Below the pieces are notes generated by a model. The model worked only from the letters and a program-made list of their open reading frames with translations. It was not told the DNA's origin and did no database searches. Both the position numbers and the translations under genes were made by a program. A DNA stretch of 30,125 nucleotides from Chlamydiota bacterium (GTDB lineage Bacteria; Chlamydiota; Chlamydiia; Chlamydiales; SM23-39): contig JBEHXF010000022.1 in the NCBI GenBank assembly GCA_048498835.1, positions 1 through 30,125 on the forward strand. Direction: 5' to 3'. Positions 21,159 through 30,125 of the stretch are shown piece by piece (position 1 is the stretch's first letter; every line of letters starts with the position of its first letter).

Positions 21159-21945
21159 GAGGAGCCGCCTGGAAAGAGAATTCTAAACCGTCATAACCGA
21201 GTTGTACGTGAGAGGGAAGCAATTGGCAAGCCTTCTCATGATCGAGAGCGTGAGAAAGATGGGTGAGCCAGGTGTGTTTTGCCCCAACCCGCTCAGCAAA
21301 AGCGACCGCCTCATCCAAAGTCAAATGGACACGCGACGGTTCTGCTCGAAGAGCGCTCAATACCAGCGTCCGTACGCCTCTCAAAGAGTCGAAAATTTTT
21401 TCATTGTATTCGCGAATATCGGAAATGTAAGCAAAATCGCCGATTCGAAAACCGTTCACTTGCATGTCGGCTTGCGTGTAACTGATGTAACCGATCTTCA
21501 ATCCTAAAAATTCGATTTCTCCCTGGTCGTCTGGCAAGACGTGGCAATCAAGACGGGCTGCCTTGTATTCGGGAGCCGCTTCTTCTTCAAAAAGATAATA
21601 ATAGCGAGTTTTTAAATCCCGATAAGAGGCTGCCGATAAGAGACAAGGAAACGATTTTTTCATCCGAAAATTTAAAACCCGCAGCTCGTCAATGCCTGCG
21701 ATGTGATCATAGTGTGTATGAGTGAGTAGCAGGCCATCGAGATGTGAGATGCGGTGTCGAAGTGCTTGCTGGCGAAAATCGGGCCCTACATCGATCAGCA
21801 ATGTGCGATCTCCCATCCGAATCAGACCAGAAGGGCGAAGCCTTTGGTTTCGGGGATCTTGAGACGAGCAAACCGCGCAGGTGCACCCGATGATTGGCAC
21901 CCCAGCTGAAGCCCCCGTTCCTAAAAATAAAAATGTCCCTTTCAT
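21151..21945 (-). CDS. MBL-fold metallo-hydrolase (PhnP-like)
   Basis: Start at ATG 21945 (MKGTFLFLGTGASAGVP); GCTCAVC; LLIDVGPDFRQQ; THTHYDH (HxHxDH); adjacent to hflX as in Chlamydia. Confidence 0.92.
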   Translation of the reverse strand: MKGTFLFLGTGASAGVPIIGCTCAVCSSQDPRNQRLRPSGLIRMGDRTLLIDVGPDFRQQALRHRISHLDGLLLTHTHYDHIAGIDELRVLNFRMKKSFPCLLSAASYRDLKTRYYYLFEEEAAPEYKAARLDCHVLPDDQGEIEFLGLKIGYISYTQADMQVNGFRIGDFAYISDIREYNEKIFDSLRGVRTLVLSALRAEPSRVHLTLDEAVAFAERVGAKHTWLTHLSHALDHEKACQLLPSHVQLGYDGLEFSFQAAPHA

Positions 21946-21954
21946 GAGCTCAAA

Positions 21955-21983
21955 ATAATACTCTTTTGAAACCGATTTGACTA
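21955..21983 (-). promoter_or_regulatory. Putative sigma70/sigma66 promoter for the MBL-hflX-radC genes
   Basis: Minus strand TAGTCA-17 nt-TATTAT, ending 9 nt before the ATG at 21945. Confidence 0.4.
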
Positions 21984-22946
21984 GCTGATTTTTATCAAAG
22001 TCTTGGCCAGTCTCTCCCCAAGTAAAGCATGGTAGAGCATTCCTCTTGAACCAAGCCCAGTAAATACCCAAAGTCGCGGACCTAGCTGTTCGATGATGGG
22101 GCGATACCCCTCTTTGGGTGAAATCCGTACGCCGGCTCTGAGTTCAACCACTTCAAAATCGCGCGCAGGGGGATAGAATACGGCCGCCTTCTCTAACAAT
22201 TCTCTCACTGCCCTTGAATCAGGCTCGAGTCCATTAAAATTGTGTTCGTAGGTTGAACCAATTTGGCACAGTTCAGGATTCTCGGTCGGCGTAATATGTC
22301 CCATTGAAACCAGACTGAAAGGCAATCTTTCGCCTGGCCATTTGCATAAAAGAGTATGTCCTTTTGTCGGTTCAAGCGGCAAGTGGGCACATTCTGGAAA
22401 ATGAAGCGTCTCTGAGCCAGTTGCTAAAACGACTTGGTCATAGCTTTTAAGCTCATCAAGAGACCCAATCGCTTGTCGTTCGATCCGAATCCCTTGAGAA
22501 AGGCCTTTTAAATAAAGGTGTGAATAGACGGTAATCCCACTGGGAACCCAAAGCCCCGGCCCCGCCGTCGCCTCAGACACTTTTGCAAGCACTTGATCGA
22601 CCTCCCACCAGATCGCCTCTTCATCTTCTGCCGCCCTCTTTTTGAAATCGCGCACTTGACGCTCATTCACAGCAATCCGCAAAATCCCGGTTCGCTCTGC
22701 GACGGGGCTGCCGAGGGATCGCTCGGCATGCTCAATCAAAGCCAATGAGGCTTCCATCCCCTCTTTCGATTGCCAAGAACGGAGAGCAATTCTTCCTGGA
22801 AAAGGGTGAAGAAGTCCGGTGGAGACGCCCGAAGCGCCACCACCTGCTCCTTTTGAGTCAAAGACAGTGACCTCTTGTCCGTATTTCTGTAGAAAATGGG
22901 CGAGGGCAAGACCTGCGACTCCAGCCCCAACGACGGCAATGTTCAT
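21981..22946 (-). CDS. FAD-dependent oxidoreductase (DAO / MnmC-C-terminal-like family)
   Basis: IAVVGAGVAG Rossmann motif, GASGVSTGLLHP, VVLATG, IGSTYE, AGVR and TGLGSRG. Confidence 0.9.
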   Translation of the reverse strand: MNIAVVGAGVAGLALAHFLQKYGQEVTVFDSKGAGGGASGVSTGLLHPFPGRIALRSWQSKEGMEASLALIEHAERSLGSPVAERTGILRIAVNERQVRDFKKRAAEDEEAIWWEVDQVLAKVSEATAGPGLWVPSGITVYSHLYLKGLSQGIRIERQAIGSLDELKSYDQVVLATGSETLHFPECAHLPLEPTKGHTLLCKWPGERLPFSLVSMGHITPTENPELCQIGSTYEHNFNGLEPDSRAVRELLEKAAVFYPPARDFEVVELRAGVRISPKEGYRPIIEQLGPRLWVFTGLGSRGMLYHALLGERLAKTLIKIS

Positions 22947-23758
22947 CTTTTTTGCAATAGTTGGTAGCTCTCAGCCGCGAAGTGGAAGAAAAAAACGACT
23001 GCTGGAGCGAGAAGAGCGCAGAAAGGGAGCATGACAAAAAACCATTCGAGCGCAATCGCTAAAGTTGGGCCTTGAATGGAGAAACTGACATTGGTGAGCA
23101 TCGCTGATACAGAGAGGAGCCCCCCGATGATGATGGAAGGGATTAGAGCGACCAAAAAGAGAGCTGTCGCCGACAGAGGATTTGCCCCAATGGTGAGGCC
23201 AACCCGTTTTGCCAGATCGAGCCTCTTTACCGATTGATGCGCGGCGGCGGGCGCAATAAAAAATAAGAGAGAGAGATTTAATAGGCAGAGGAGAATAGAA
23301 CAAAAAATGATTAGAAAGGGGCCGAATGCCAAAACGACATTCATAAAAGGACCAATCAAAGGAATTTCTCGCAAGAGAAAGAAAAATCCGAGAACAATCC
23401 AGAGAACGAGGTAGGCCAAAACGGGAGGCATCGATAAGTAAGAAGTGCCGATCATCACATCCATTGAGCCGGTGAATAGACGGCCCATCGACAAGGTCAA
23501 TCCCTTCATCTCGTGCATGTACATCCGAATTAAGAGCACTCCCAACGAGAGAAGCAATGCTGACGATAGAAGGATGGGCAAAAAGAGAAGGCTAAGAGAG
23601 ATCCAAGGAGTTGTTTCGAGAGCGAGAGCGCGGCAAAAAACGATGAAAATTCCACATAAAGACAGAGCGGCAAACGTCAAAAAGAGTTTACGTCTTGTGA
23701 GCGAAGTGACCGCTGCGCGCGAGAAGGCTTTTTCAAAATCATTCCATGTCAGTGTCAT
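22943..23758 (-). CDS. Conserved hypothetical multi-pass membrane protein
   Basis: About 6 TM segments; ATG 23758 (TTG 23764 alternative); ATGA overlap with the downstream oxidoreductase. Confidence 0.8.
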   Translation of the reverse strand: MTLTWNDFEKAFSRAAVTSLTRRKLFLTFAALSLCGIFIVFCRALALETTPWISLSLLFLPILLSSALLLSLGVLLIRMYMHEMKGLTLSMGRLFTGSMDVMIGTSYLSMPPVLAYLVLWIVLGFFFLLREIPLIGPFMNVVLAFGPFLIIFCSILLCLLNLSLLFFIAPAAAHQSVKRLDLAKRVGLTIGANPLSATALFLVALIPSIIIGGLLSVSAMLTNVSFSIQGPTLAIALEWFFVMLPFCALLAPAVVFFFHFAAESYQLLQKR

Positions 23759-23766
23759 AGTCAATC

Positions 23767-23794
23767 ATTATAAAGGACCCGATTGAAAATACAA
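23767..23794 (-). promoter_or_regulatory. Putative sigma70/sigma66 promoter
   Basis: Minus strand TTGTAT (23794-23789)-16 nt-TATAAT (23772-23767), 8 nt before ATG 23758. Confidence 0.5.
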
Positions 23795-23833
23795 ATGGAA
23801 AAAAATGTTCGATCGTTTATTCTTTTCGTCCTT

Positions 23834-24793
23834 ATGATGATTACACAACTACCCGAGATCCTTCCTTCTTGGCTCTATACTTCCGTCTTGCAGCCCTATT
23901 TGGAAGGTGCAGAGCGAATCAACCGGTTTGTGCAAGGGGTTGATCTACACCAAATCGACTACCCTCAACTCGATTGGTGCGATCGGACGATCCATTTGAT
24001 CACAGGCATTGCCCTGATGCTCCCCTTCGTTAATAGCATCGTCTGGATCGCTCTACAAACCTTTGGATCTCCCGAGCAGCTTTCCGATCCCTATTACACG
24101 AGGCAAGAGCCTTCCCTCTTTAAAGAGATATCGGATTCAGACAGCGAAGTAGAAGCTGTATCAGAGGCATCGCAAAGACCGATCGAAACAGAGCAGCTCA
24201 ACTATAAAGACGTAAAAGGCGATCAGATTATTCCCTCTACCTGGACGATTGAGACCTATCCCAATCGGATTGTGGTTAAAAAAGTGGACGCGGTCGATAC
24301 GGCCGAGGCTATCTATCAAGGTGACTGGAAACTGAAACGGTTTCATGGCAAAAGAGGAGAGGAAGATTTACTCATTGAAAGACACCACAATCGGTTAGTT
24401 TTAAAAGGAAGGAATGGAACGGAGGAAAAACAATATTCCCTGCGTCACGGCGTACCCTGGATCCAGCAGCCTACGCTCGGGTTTAAGCCGTTTGCCCTTT
24501 CCGATAAACAGCAATTGGCTTACTACGCCATCCATCCAAAAGATTTCTCCCTCTGCGAGTTGATCGCAACAAAACAAGGACTTGAGAATTTGCCAATCCA
24601 TGGGCAAGTCCTAAAAATTCAAACCACTTTCAATGATTATAGACGCCTTTTCTGGGACGCTAAAATGTGGTTTGATCCAATCAGCGGCAAACTACTCCGC
24701 TTAGAGAGCACAGAACAAGCGAAGGACGCCTATATTCCGCGTGTTCCAATTGTGTCCGAATTCACAATGCCAGTGCATCCGTCGCTCGAATGA
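23834..24793 (+). CDS. Hypothetical protein
   Basis: Long ORF on the opposite strand to its neighbours; start probably ATG 23834/23837 (ORF track gives TTG 23783). Hydrophobic segment (IHLITGIALMLPFVNSIVWIAL), acidic linker and beta-rich C-terminal part. Overlaps the pip 3' end by 32 nt. Confidence 0.7.
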   Translation: MMITQLPEILPSWLYTSVLQPYLEGAERINRFVQGVDLHQIDYPQLDWCDRTIHLITGIALMLPFVNSIVWIALQTFGSPEQLSDPYYTRQEPSLFKEISDSDSEVEAVSEASQRPIETEQLNYKDVKGDQIIPSTWTIETYPNRIVVKKVDAVDTAEAIYQGDWKLKRFHGKRGEEDLLIERHHNRLVLKGRNGTEEKQYSLRHGVPWIQQPTLGFKPFALSDKQQLAYYAIHPKDFSLCELIATKQGLENLPIHGQVLKIQTTFNDYRRLFWDAKMWFDPISGKLLRLESTEQAKDAYIPRVPIVSEFTMPVHPSLE

Positions 24794-25706
24794 GCGCGTC
24801 TGTAATTCCAGCTTCGCTTGCGGCATGCCCTGCATCTTTAATGATCTCAAGCTTTGCCTCGGGCCATGCTTTATGTAAATCCCACGCATTTTCAAATGGA
24901 CAGACGATATCGTAGCGGCCGTGAATAATTACAGCCGGAATCGAGCGAACTTGATCGATCTGTTCAATCAGCCAATTGTCCGTTTTAAAAAAGCACTGAT
25001 TCACAAAATAATGACATTCGATTCGGGCAATCGCATCGGCCTTCTTGTCTTCGGTAAAAAGAGAAAATAGTTCGGGATCGAAAATCAAGCGGAGTGCAGC
25101 GGCCTCCCAAGTTGACCAAGCTTTTGCAGCTTCTTTCCGGACAGCCGGATCATCAGAGGTAAGCCTGCGATAATAAGCCTGCATTAAATCACCCCGCTCT
25201 TCTGGAGGAATGGGCTTTAAATACTTTTCGAATTCGTCGGGAAAAATATGGTGCGCGCCAAACTGATAAAACCAGTGGAGCTCTTTCTTGCGCCCGAGAA
25301 AGATCCCGCGCAAAATCAGTGCACGCGTCCGTTCAGGATGCGTTTCGCCGTAAGCGAGAGCTAGAGTACTTCCCCAAGAACCACCGAACACAACCCATTG
25401 ATCAATCTTCAAATGCTCTCGAATCTTCTCTATATCGCTGACTAGGTGCCAGGTCGTGTTTTCGTGCAAGCTCGAGTGAGGACGGCTCTGGCCTGTTCCT
25501 CGCTGATCAAACAGCACAATGCGGTACTTTTCCGGATTAAAGAAACAGCGATGACTGGGATCGGTTCCTGAACCAGGACCGCCATGCAAAAAGACAACTG
25601 GTAGCCCGTTTGGATTGCCGCTCTCTTCAAAATAGAGTGTATGCTCTTTGCTCACCGGCAAAAAGCCGGTGTTATACGGTTCGATCGGAGGATATCGTTT
25701 TTTCAT
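24762..25706 (-). CDS. pip: Proline iminopeptidase (S33), cytoplasmic paralogue
   Basis: LHGGPG, FDQRG, FGGSWGSTL, HGRYD and DAGH; no signal peptide; ATGA overlap with gltA. Confidence 0.95.
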   Translation of the reverse strand: MKKRYPPIEPYNTGFLPVSKEHTLYFEESGNPNGLPVVFLHGGPGSGTDPSHRCFFNPEKYRIVLFDQRGTGQSRPHSSLHENTTWHLVSDIEKIREHLKIDQWVVFGGSWGSTLALAYGETHPERTRALILRGIFLGRKKELHWFYQFGAHHIFPDEFEKYLKPIPPEERGDLMQAYYRRLTSDDPAVRKEAAKAWSTWEAAALRLIFDPELFSLFTEDKKADAIARIECHYFVNQCFFKTDNWLIEQIDQVRSIPAVIIHGRYDIVCPFENAWDLHKAWPEAKLEIIKDAGHAASEAGITDALIRATDALAL

Positions 25707-26863
25707 TTTCGCGATTGATAGAGATAAAGAGGCCGAATGATCGGAGTTCCTTTGCCGCCGCGCGCTTCTAATCGCTCATAGGCGATTTGAATAGCGATGC
25801 CGACACAGCGAGAAAGGCCGAATAAAACGGTAAAATAGTCAGGATAAGGGAATCCTGCAGCCATCAAAATCGAACCGGTGATGGCATCGATATTTGGATA
25901 GGGATCGGAAACTTTGGGGTTCTCTTTCAAAACCTTTGTTCCCTCTGTCCGTAGCAACAAAGCAATTTTGATCAGAGGATGGCTGGGGAAGTGTTTCTTT
26001 GCATAGTTATAAAAAACGGTTGCACGGGGATCTTCTACGCGAAGTACTGCATGGCCAAAACCAAAAACCAGCTGCTTATTCTCTAATCGATCTCGAATCA
26101 ACTTCTCAATTTGCTCAGCAGTCGCCGATTCGCCCACCTGTTCGAGCACTTCTTGTACGAACTCGAGGCAGTCTTGATTGGCCCGTCCATGCAATGGACC
26201 TGCAAGTGCTGTCATAGCCGCAGCTAAAGAGCCCCACATGTGCTCTAAACCCGACGCAACTGCTTTGCCAACAAACGTAGATAAATTGCCCCCGCAATGA
26301 TCGAAGTGGACCACCTCAAAAAGACGCATGATTTGAGTCAGCTCAGGCTTTCTTTCGCCTGGAAACTTCAACATATGGACGAAATTTTCCATATAGCCGA
26401 GATCGGGATGCGCAGGAGGAGTAGGTCCCCATCCGGCATGACTATTGATGACTGTCGCTGCGATTTGAGGAAGTTTTGCAATCACATTGAGACAATCTTC
26501 TCGATAATCTTCCACCCCTTCATACATTCCAGCAATCAAAAGAGCGGCCGCAAAAACATCCATCGGATGGCCATCGCGAGGCAAGGCTTCTATGTGGCGA
26601 AGTGTCTCCGGTTTGCAAAGAGCTCGTTTAGCCAGCTCCTTTTCAAATTCAGCAATCTGCTGTTTAGACCCCATCTCACCATAGTAAAGAAGATAGATCA
26701 CTTCCATAGGATCTCGCTGTGCAATCTCGCCGATCGGACGGCCCACATACGTCAGTCCTTTCATCGGATCGACATAGGAAGTTACACAATAGCCAACCGG
26801 AACTCCGCGAAGTCCAGTCTCCAGTTGATCTTTCGTGATCTCAAAAAGAACGCCGTCTCTCAT
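25703..26863 (-). CDS. gltA: Citrate synthase
   Basis: GLRGV, HPM, DHxGGNLS, LAGPLHGRANQ, FGFGHAVLRVEDPR, PNID and LFGLSR. Confidence 0.93.
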   Translation of the reverse strand: MRDGVLFEITKDQLETGLRGVPVGYCVTSYVDPMKGLTYVGRPIGEIAQRDPMEVIYLLYYGEMGSKQQIAEFEKELAKRALCKPETLRHIEALPRDGHPMDVFAAALLIAGMYEGVEDYREDCLNVIAKLPQIAATVINSHAGWGPTPPAHPDLGYMENFVHMLKFPGERKPELTQIMRLFEVVHFDHCGGNLSTFVGKAVASGLEHMWGSLAAAMTALAGPLHGRANQDCLEFVQEVLEQVGESATAEQIEKLIRDRLENKQLVFGFGHAVLRVEDPRATVFYNYAKKHFPSHPLIKIALLLRTEGTKVLKENPKVSDPYPNIDAITGSILMAAGFPYPDYFTVLFGLSRCVGIAIQIAYERLEARGGKGTPIIRPLYLYQSRK

Positions 26864-26864
26864 A

Positions 26865-27857
26865 TTACCTCAATAAAGGAGCGACCATTTCCCGCTCCTC
26901 TAACAGTTCTTTTTGCGTTAAAGCGATTTTTTCTTTCAAGAAAGGAGTGAGTTTTACGCCAGAAACAATTTCGATATTCCCTTTCCCATTTGTTCGACAA
27001 GGAAAGGAAAAGATGAGCCGCTCGTCAATTCCGTACGGATTTCCTTTAGCGCTTAGCGCCATGGAAAACCAGTCTCCTTCGCGAGTCGGCTGGATGATCG
27101 AGCGCATCGCATCGAGCGCTGCATTAGCAGCTGAAGCTGCTGAAGATTTACCCCGGGCCGCAATCACTTCGGCGCCACGTTTTTGGATCTTCGAGACAAA
27201 CTCTCCTTCTAGCCACTTTCGATCACCAATGACCTCCGCCGCAGGTTTTCCCCGAATTAAAGCATTCTCAAAGTCGGGTACTTGAGTCGAAGAATGATTG
27301 CCCCAAATGGCCACGCGAGTCACCTCTTCAACCGTAGCACCTGCGCGATGAGCCAATTGATAGACAGCTCGATTTTGGTCGAGGCGTGTCATAGCGAAAA
27401 ATTGCTCGGGTCGAAGATCAGGTGCATGGTGCTGGGCAATCGCACAATTCGTATTGCAGGGATTACCAACGACTAGCACTTTTACATCGCGCGAAGCAGA
27501 GCGATTCAGAGCCTGTCCTTGCTTCACGAAAATATTCCCGTTCTCTGATAGAAGATCTTTCCGCTCCATCCCGGGCCCCCGCGGCTTAGCACCGACGAGG
27601 AAAGCATAATGGACATCTTGAAACATCTCATCGGGATCAGAACCGACGCGCACTTCTTTTAGCAAAGGAAAAGCGCAATCATCGAGCTCCATTGCGAGTC
27701 CCTTCAGGCTATTTACGCCCTCTGGCAACTCAAGTAAATGGAGCGCGATCGGCTGATTGGGTCCCAACAATTCCCCATTCGCAATCCGAAAGATCAAACT
27801 ATAGGCGATTTGACCGCCTGCTCCTGTGATGACTATCTTTTTGATCGAATGGGACAT
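26865..27857 (-). CDS. mdh: Malate dehydrogenase (MDH type 2)
   Basis: [55 protein letters not shown] and WGNHS. Confidence 0.97.
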   Translation of the reverse strand: MSHSIKKIVITGAGGQIAYSLIFRIANGELLGPNQPIALHLLELPEGVNSLKGLAMELDDCAFPLLKEVRVGSDPDEMFQDVHYAFLVGAKPRGPGMERKDLLSENGNIFVKQGQALNRSASRDVKVLVVGNPCNTNCAIAQHHAPDLRPEQFFAMTRLDQNRAVYQLAHRAGATVEEVTRVAIWGNHSSTQVPDFENALIRGKPAAEVIGDRKWLEGEFVSKIQKRGAEVIAARGKSSAASAANAALDAMRSIIQPTREGDWFSMALSAKGNPYGIDERLIFSFPCRTNGKGNIEIVSGVKLTPFLKEKIALTQKELLEEREMVAPLLR

Positions 27858-27868
27858 CAGTTACCTCA

Positions 27869-28681
27869 TTATCGGCCGAATTTTTCGATTAACGAACCTT
27901 TGCAAAACGTGAGAAAGCAATTCTCAGCCACGTCATGTGCTTCGTTGAGCCAAGCATCGAAACCTCCCTTGTCTTGAGGAACTGTTTCGCCAAGCGACTG
28001 AACAACCGTCTGCAAAATATAAGCGGGCTTATTATCCATATGGCCTAAGTTAAAGCTAAACGCCAGATTGCCCACAGGGCGATTTAACTGATAAGCTAAA
28101 TTCAGAGCCACTCCCTGTGGTTTGGAACCCACTTCATTATTCGAGAAGAGTTCAGGATCCAAGCCGATCTTTGTATGGAGTTTTTCCGCTAAAAAGTCGA
28201 GCGCGTCTTCGCTTTGCATGTCGAATTGGAATCCATTCACATAGCGCACTTCGCACTTCACTAAGTTCAGAGGGAAAGCGCCCACAGGATACAATTCAGC
28301 AATCGCTTCAATGAGGCGAGCAATCAATCCCTTAAATTGTTTCCAGCTATAGCCTTTTGCATCATTCACCGTGACAATGCCAGGACCTACTTGAACTAAT
28401 GGCCAGCCATTTTTGTCTTTTCTCAAACGGTGGCGAACCACATAAGGGCTACCCTCTGGATGAACCTGTACAGAAGGGAGATCTTCAATAATCGGAAATT
28501 CTTTTTTAAACCGCTCATAGATTCGCCCATACATCATGGGATAAGCGGGATCTCTCAAACGCCCCGTTTGTGGGTCGGTCTGCAGTTCCCACCGCAACTC
28601 AAAAATCGCCTCAGCTAGAGGCGGAGACAAGAGGGGTGGAATCTCGGTTTTCTTTGCTTTCTCGGGCTTAAAAATCGCCAT
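27869..28681 (-). CDS. TIGR04255 family protein
   Basis: PPLAEAIFELRW N-terminus, LVQVGPG..TVN...Y.W..F and RYVN motifs; SD GGAGG at 28688-28692. Confidence 0.8.
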   Translation of the reverse strand: MAIFKPEKAKKTEIPPLLSPPLAEAIFELRWELQTDPQTGRLRDPAYPMMYGRIYERFKKEFPIIEDLPSVQVHPEGSPYVVRHRLRKDKNGWPLVQVGPGIVTVNDAKGYSWKQFKGLIARLIEAIAELYPVGAFPLNLVKCEVRYVNGFQFDMQSEDALDFLAEKLHTKIGLDPELFSNNEVGSKPQGVALNLAYQLNRPVGNLAFSFNLGHMDNKPAYILQTVVQSLGETVPQDKGGFDAWLNEAHDVAENCFLTFCKGSLIEKFGR

Positions 28682-28700
28682 GGGAATCCTCCAAAAAAGA

Positions 28701-28706
28701 ATTATA
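28701..28706 (-). promoter_or_regulatory. Putative -10 box upstream of the TIGR04255-mdh-gltA-pip genes
   Basis: Perfect TATAAT on the minus strand just upstream of the GGAGG SD; -35 poorly defined. Confidence 0.4.
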
Positions 28707-28738
28707 CCCTACAGCGATTGCCGCAAAAAATCAAGCCT

Positions 28739-29869
28739 TTAAATCTCGTCTCTTAAGATCTTCTCACGCACGTTGCGCATGAGATCCACCATGAAATGGA
28801 GATTGTGAATGGTTGCCAGCGCATAAGCAGTCAGCTCATTCGCTTTAAACAAATGGTGGAGATAACCCAATGTGAATTGTTGGCACGTCCAACACGTACA
28901 ACCATGTTCAATCGGAGCAAAATGATTTGCGTTCGACGCCTTTTCGACTTTGAGATTTCCCTCTTTTGTCAGCAACATTCCATGACGTGCCGCCCGTGTT
29001 GGATAAGAGCTGTCAAATGTATCGACGCCGAGAGGAATGCACTGCTCCAGAGATTCTAGATCGCCAATTCCCAATAAATGATTGGGCTTCTCTTCCGGCA
29101 ATCGAGGAAAAACAGACTTGAGCATTTCGACCATTTCGGGCTTTGTTTTTCCCAGTGAACCGCCTACGGCAAAACCGTCAAAGGGCAGATTGGTCAAAAT
29201 ATCGCAACTCTCTTTCCTCAAATCGTAGTCAACACCACCGTGGATCACTGCGTACATCGCCTGATTTTGCCGATTCTTTAAATGCTCATCTAGCGACCGC
29301 TTTTCCCAACGATGTGTCCGATCCAAAGACTTCTTCAACTGATCTCGGTCGATGTGATAAGGAGGCAATTCATCAAATGGGATAATGATGTCCGCGCCGA
29401 GCCCTTTCTGCGCTTGAATGGAAGTCTCTGGAGTCAGTAAGAATTTCGAGCCATCTCGATACGAGCGGAACACAACCCCCTCTTCGTCGATTTTCAATAC
29501 ATGCCCATCGCGCTTTTTTGTTCCGCGACTCTTCAGCTCATCGGCTACCGACCCGTAGGCTAGAGAAAAGACCTGAAATCCCCCCGAATCGGTGATGATC
29601 GGCTGCGTGCGTCGAATAAATTTGTGTAGCCCCCCAGCCCGTCTCACCGTCTCCACACCCGGTTGCAACATCAAATGATAGGTATTGCAAAACATGAGCT
29701 GCAGACCAATAGAGTCCACCATTTGATTGTCGAGCGCCTTCAACGTCCCGTTGGTTCCCACAGCGACAAAATTCGGCGTATCAATCACGCCATGCGGTGT
29801 ATGGATTCGACCGACTCTCGCCCGCGATTTCTTCGAACGATGAAGTACTTCAAAACGAAACTCACTCAT
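28739..29869 (-). CDS. tgt: tRNA-guanine transglycosylase (chlamydial type, probably queuine-inserting)
   Basis: Start at ATG 29869 (MSEFRFEV); TPHG..TP, NTYHL, TDSGGFQVFSL, DTFDS and zinc site CTCWTC...HNL; PFDELP and GGSLG substrate-pocket variants. Confidence 0.95.
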   Translation of the reverse strand: MSEFRFEVLHRSKKSRARVGRIHTPHGVIDTPNFVAVGTNGTLKALDNQMVDSIGLQLMFCNTYHLMLQPGVETVRRAGGLHKFIRRTQPIITDSGGFQVFSLAYGSVADELKSRGTKKRDGHVLKIDEEGVVFRSYRDGSKFLLTPETSIQAQKGLGADIIIPFDELPPYHIDRDQLKKSLDRTHRWEKRSLDEHLKNRQNQAMYAVIHGGVDYDLRKESCDILTNLPFDGFAVGGSLGKTKPEMVEMLKSVFPRLPEEKPNHLLGIGDLESLEQCIPLGVDTFDSSYPTRAARHGMLLTKEGNLKVEKASNANHFAPIEHGCTCWTCQQFTLGYLHHLFKANELTAYALATIHNLHFMVDLMRNVREKILRDEI

Positions 29870-30027
29870 CCGATCCTCGCAAAACGACGAGCGAAGACGG
29901 CCAATGGCGCGCTGCATCCGATTGCCAGCCACTTCACCGCTAAACTCACTAAAATGATATTGAGCATCGACGAGACGATCCCATAAAGACCGAGGTAACT
30001 AAACAATACCGTGTCAATCGCCTGGGA
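29866..30027 (-). CDS. yhhQ: Queuosine precursor transporter YhhQ/VUT family, C-terminal fragment
   Basis: SQAIDTVLFSYLGLYG motif followed by a TM helix; ATGA overlap with tgt. Sequence upstream of ~30028 does not look like YhhQ. Confidence 0.7.
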   Translation of the reverse strand, partial: SQAIDTVLFSYLGLYGIVSSMLNIILVSLAVKWLAIGCSAPLAVFARRFARIG

Positions 30028-30125
30028 TGGACCCAGGGCAACATGGGAGACGAACCGGGTCTGCTCGTGGGCAAAATCGAGCGCCCGGGCGAAGATATCG
30101 CTCAAGTGCTTTCCGACGTCGGCGG

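Noticed and set aside
26297..26950. 217-aa plus-strand ORF
   Set aside because: Antisense shadow of gltA/mdh.

Overview
Bacterial chromosomal fragment, most likely from an environmental (non-Chlamydiaceae) member of the Chlamydiae. This rests on Chlamydia-type gene neighbourhoods (glgB with its CT865-like neighbour, hflX with a PhnP-like hydrolase, yhhQ-tgt with chlamydial-type TGT motifs) plus a citrate synthase, which Chlamydiaceae lack. Bases 1-4611 are an AT-rich polymorphic-toxin locus: the 3' part of an Rhs/YD gene ending in a GHSEG alpha/beta-hydrolase (DUF687-like) tip, followed by five tandem paralogous ~180-190 aa signal-peptide proteins that are putative immunity proteins. These are mosaics of each other and one is frameshifted. 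Two membrane-protein genes, two orphan genes and housekeeping genes (ligA, glgB, mtaB, marC) follow. At ~15.2-17.5 kb is a small islet with a PIN-like gene bracketed by an 11-bp direct repeat and a DUF3800 gene whose 3' end carries a twin-hairpin RNA with identical UAGU loops. The rest is housekeeping: SMR, two pip paralogues (one with a signal peptide), radC, hflX, an MBL hydrolase, an FAD oxidoreductase, gltA, mdh, TIGR04255, tgt and partial yhhQ. The last ~100 bp look foreign or chimeric. No rRNA, tRNA, CRISPR array or transposase was recognised. All family assignments come from motif recognition by eye; no searches were run.
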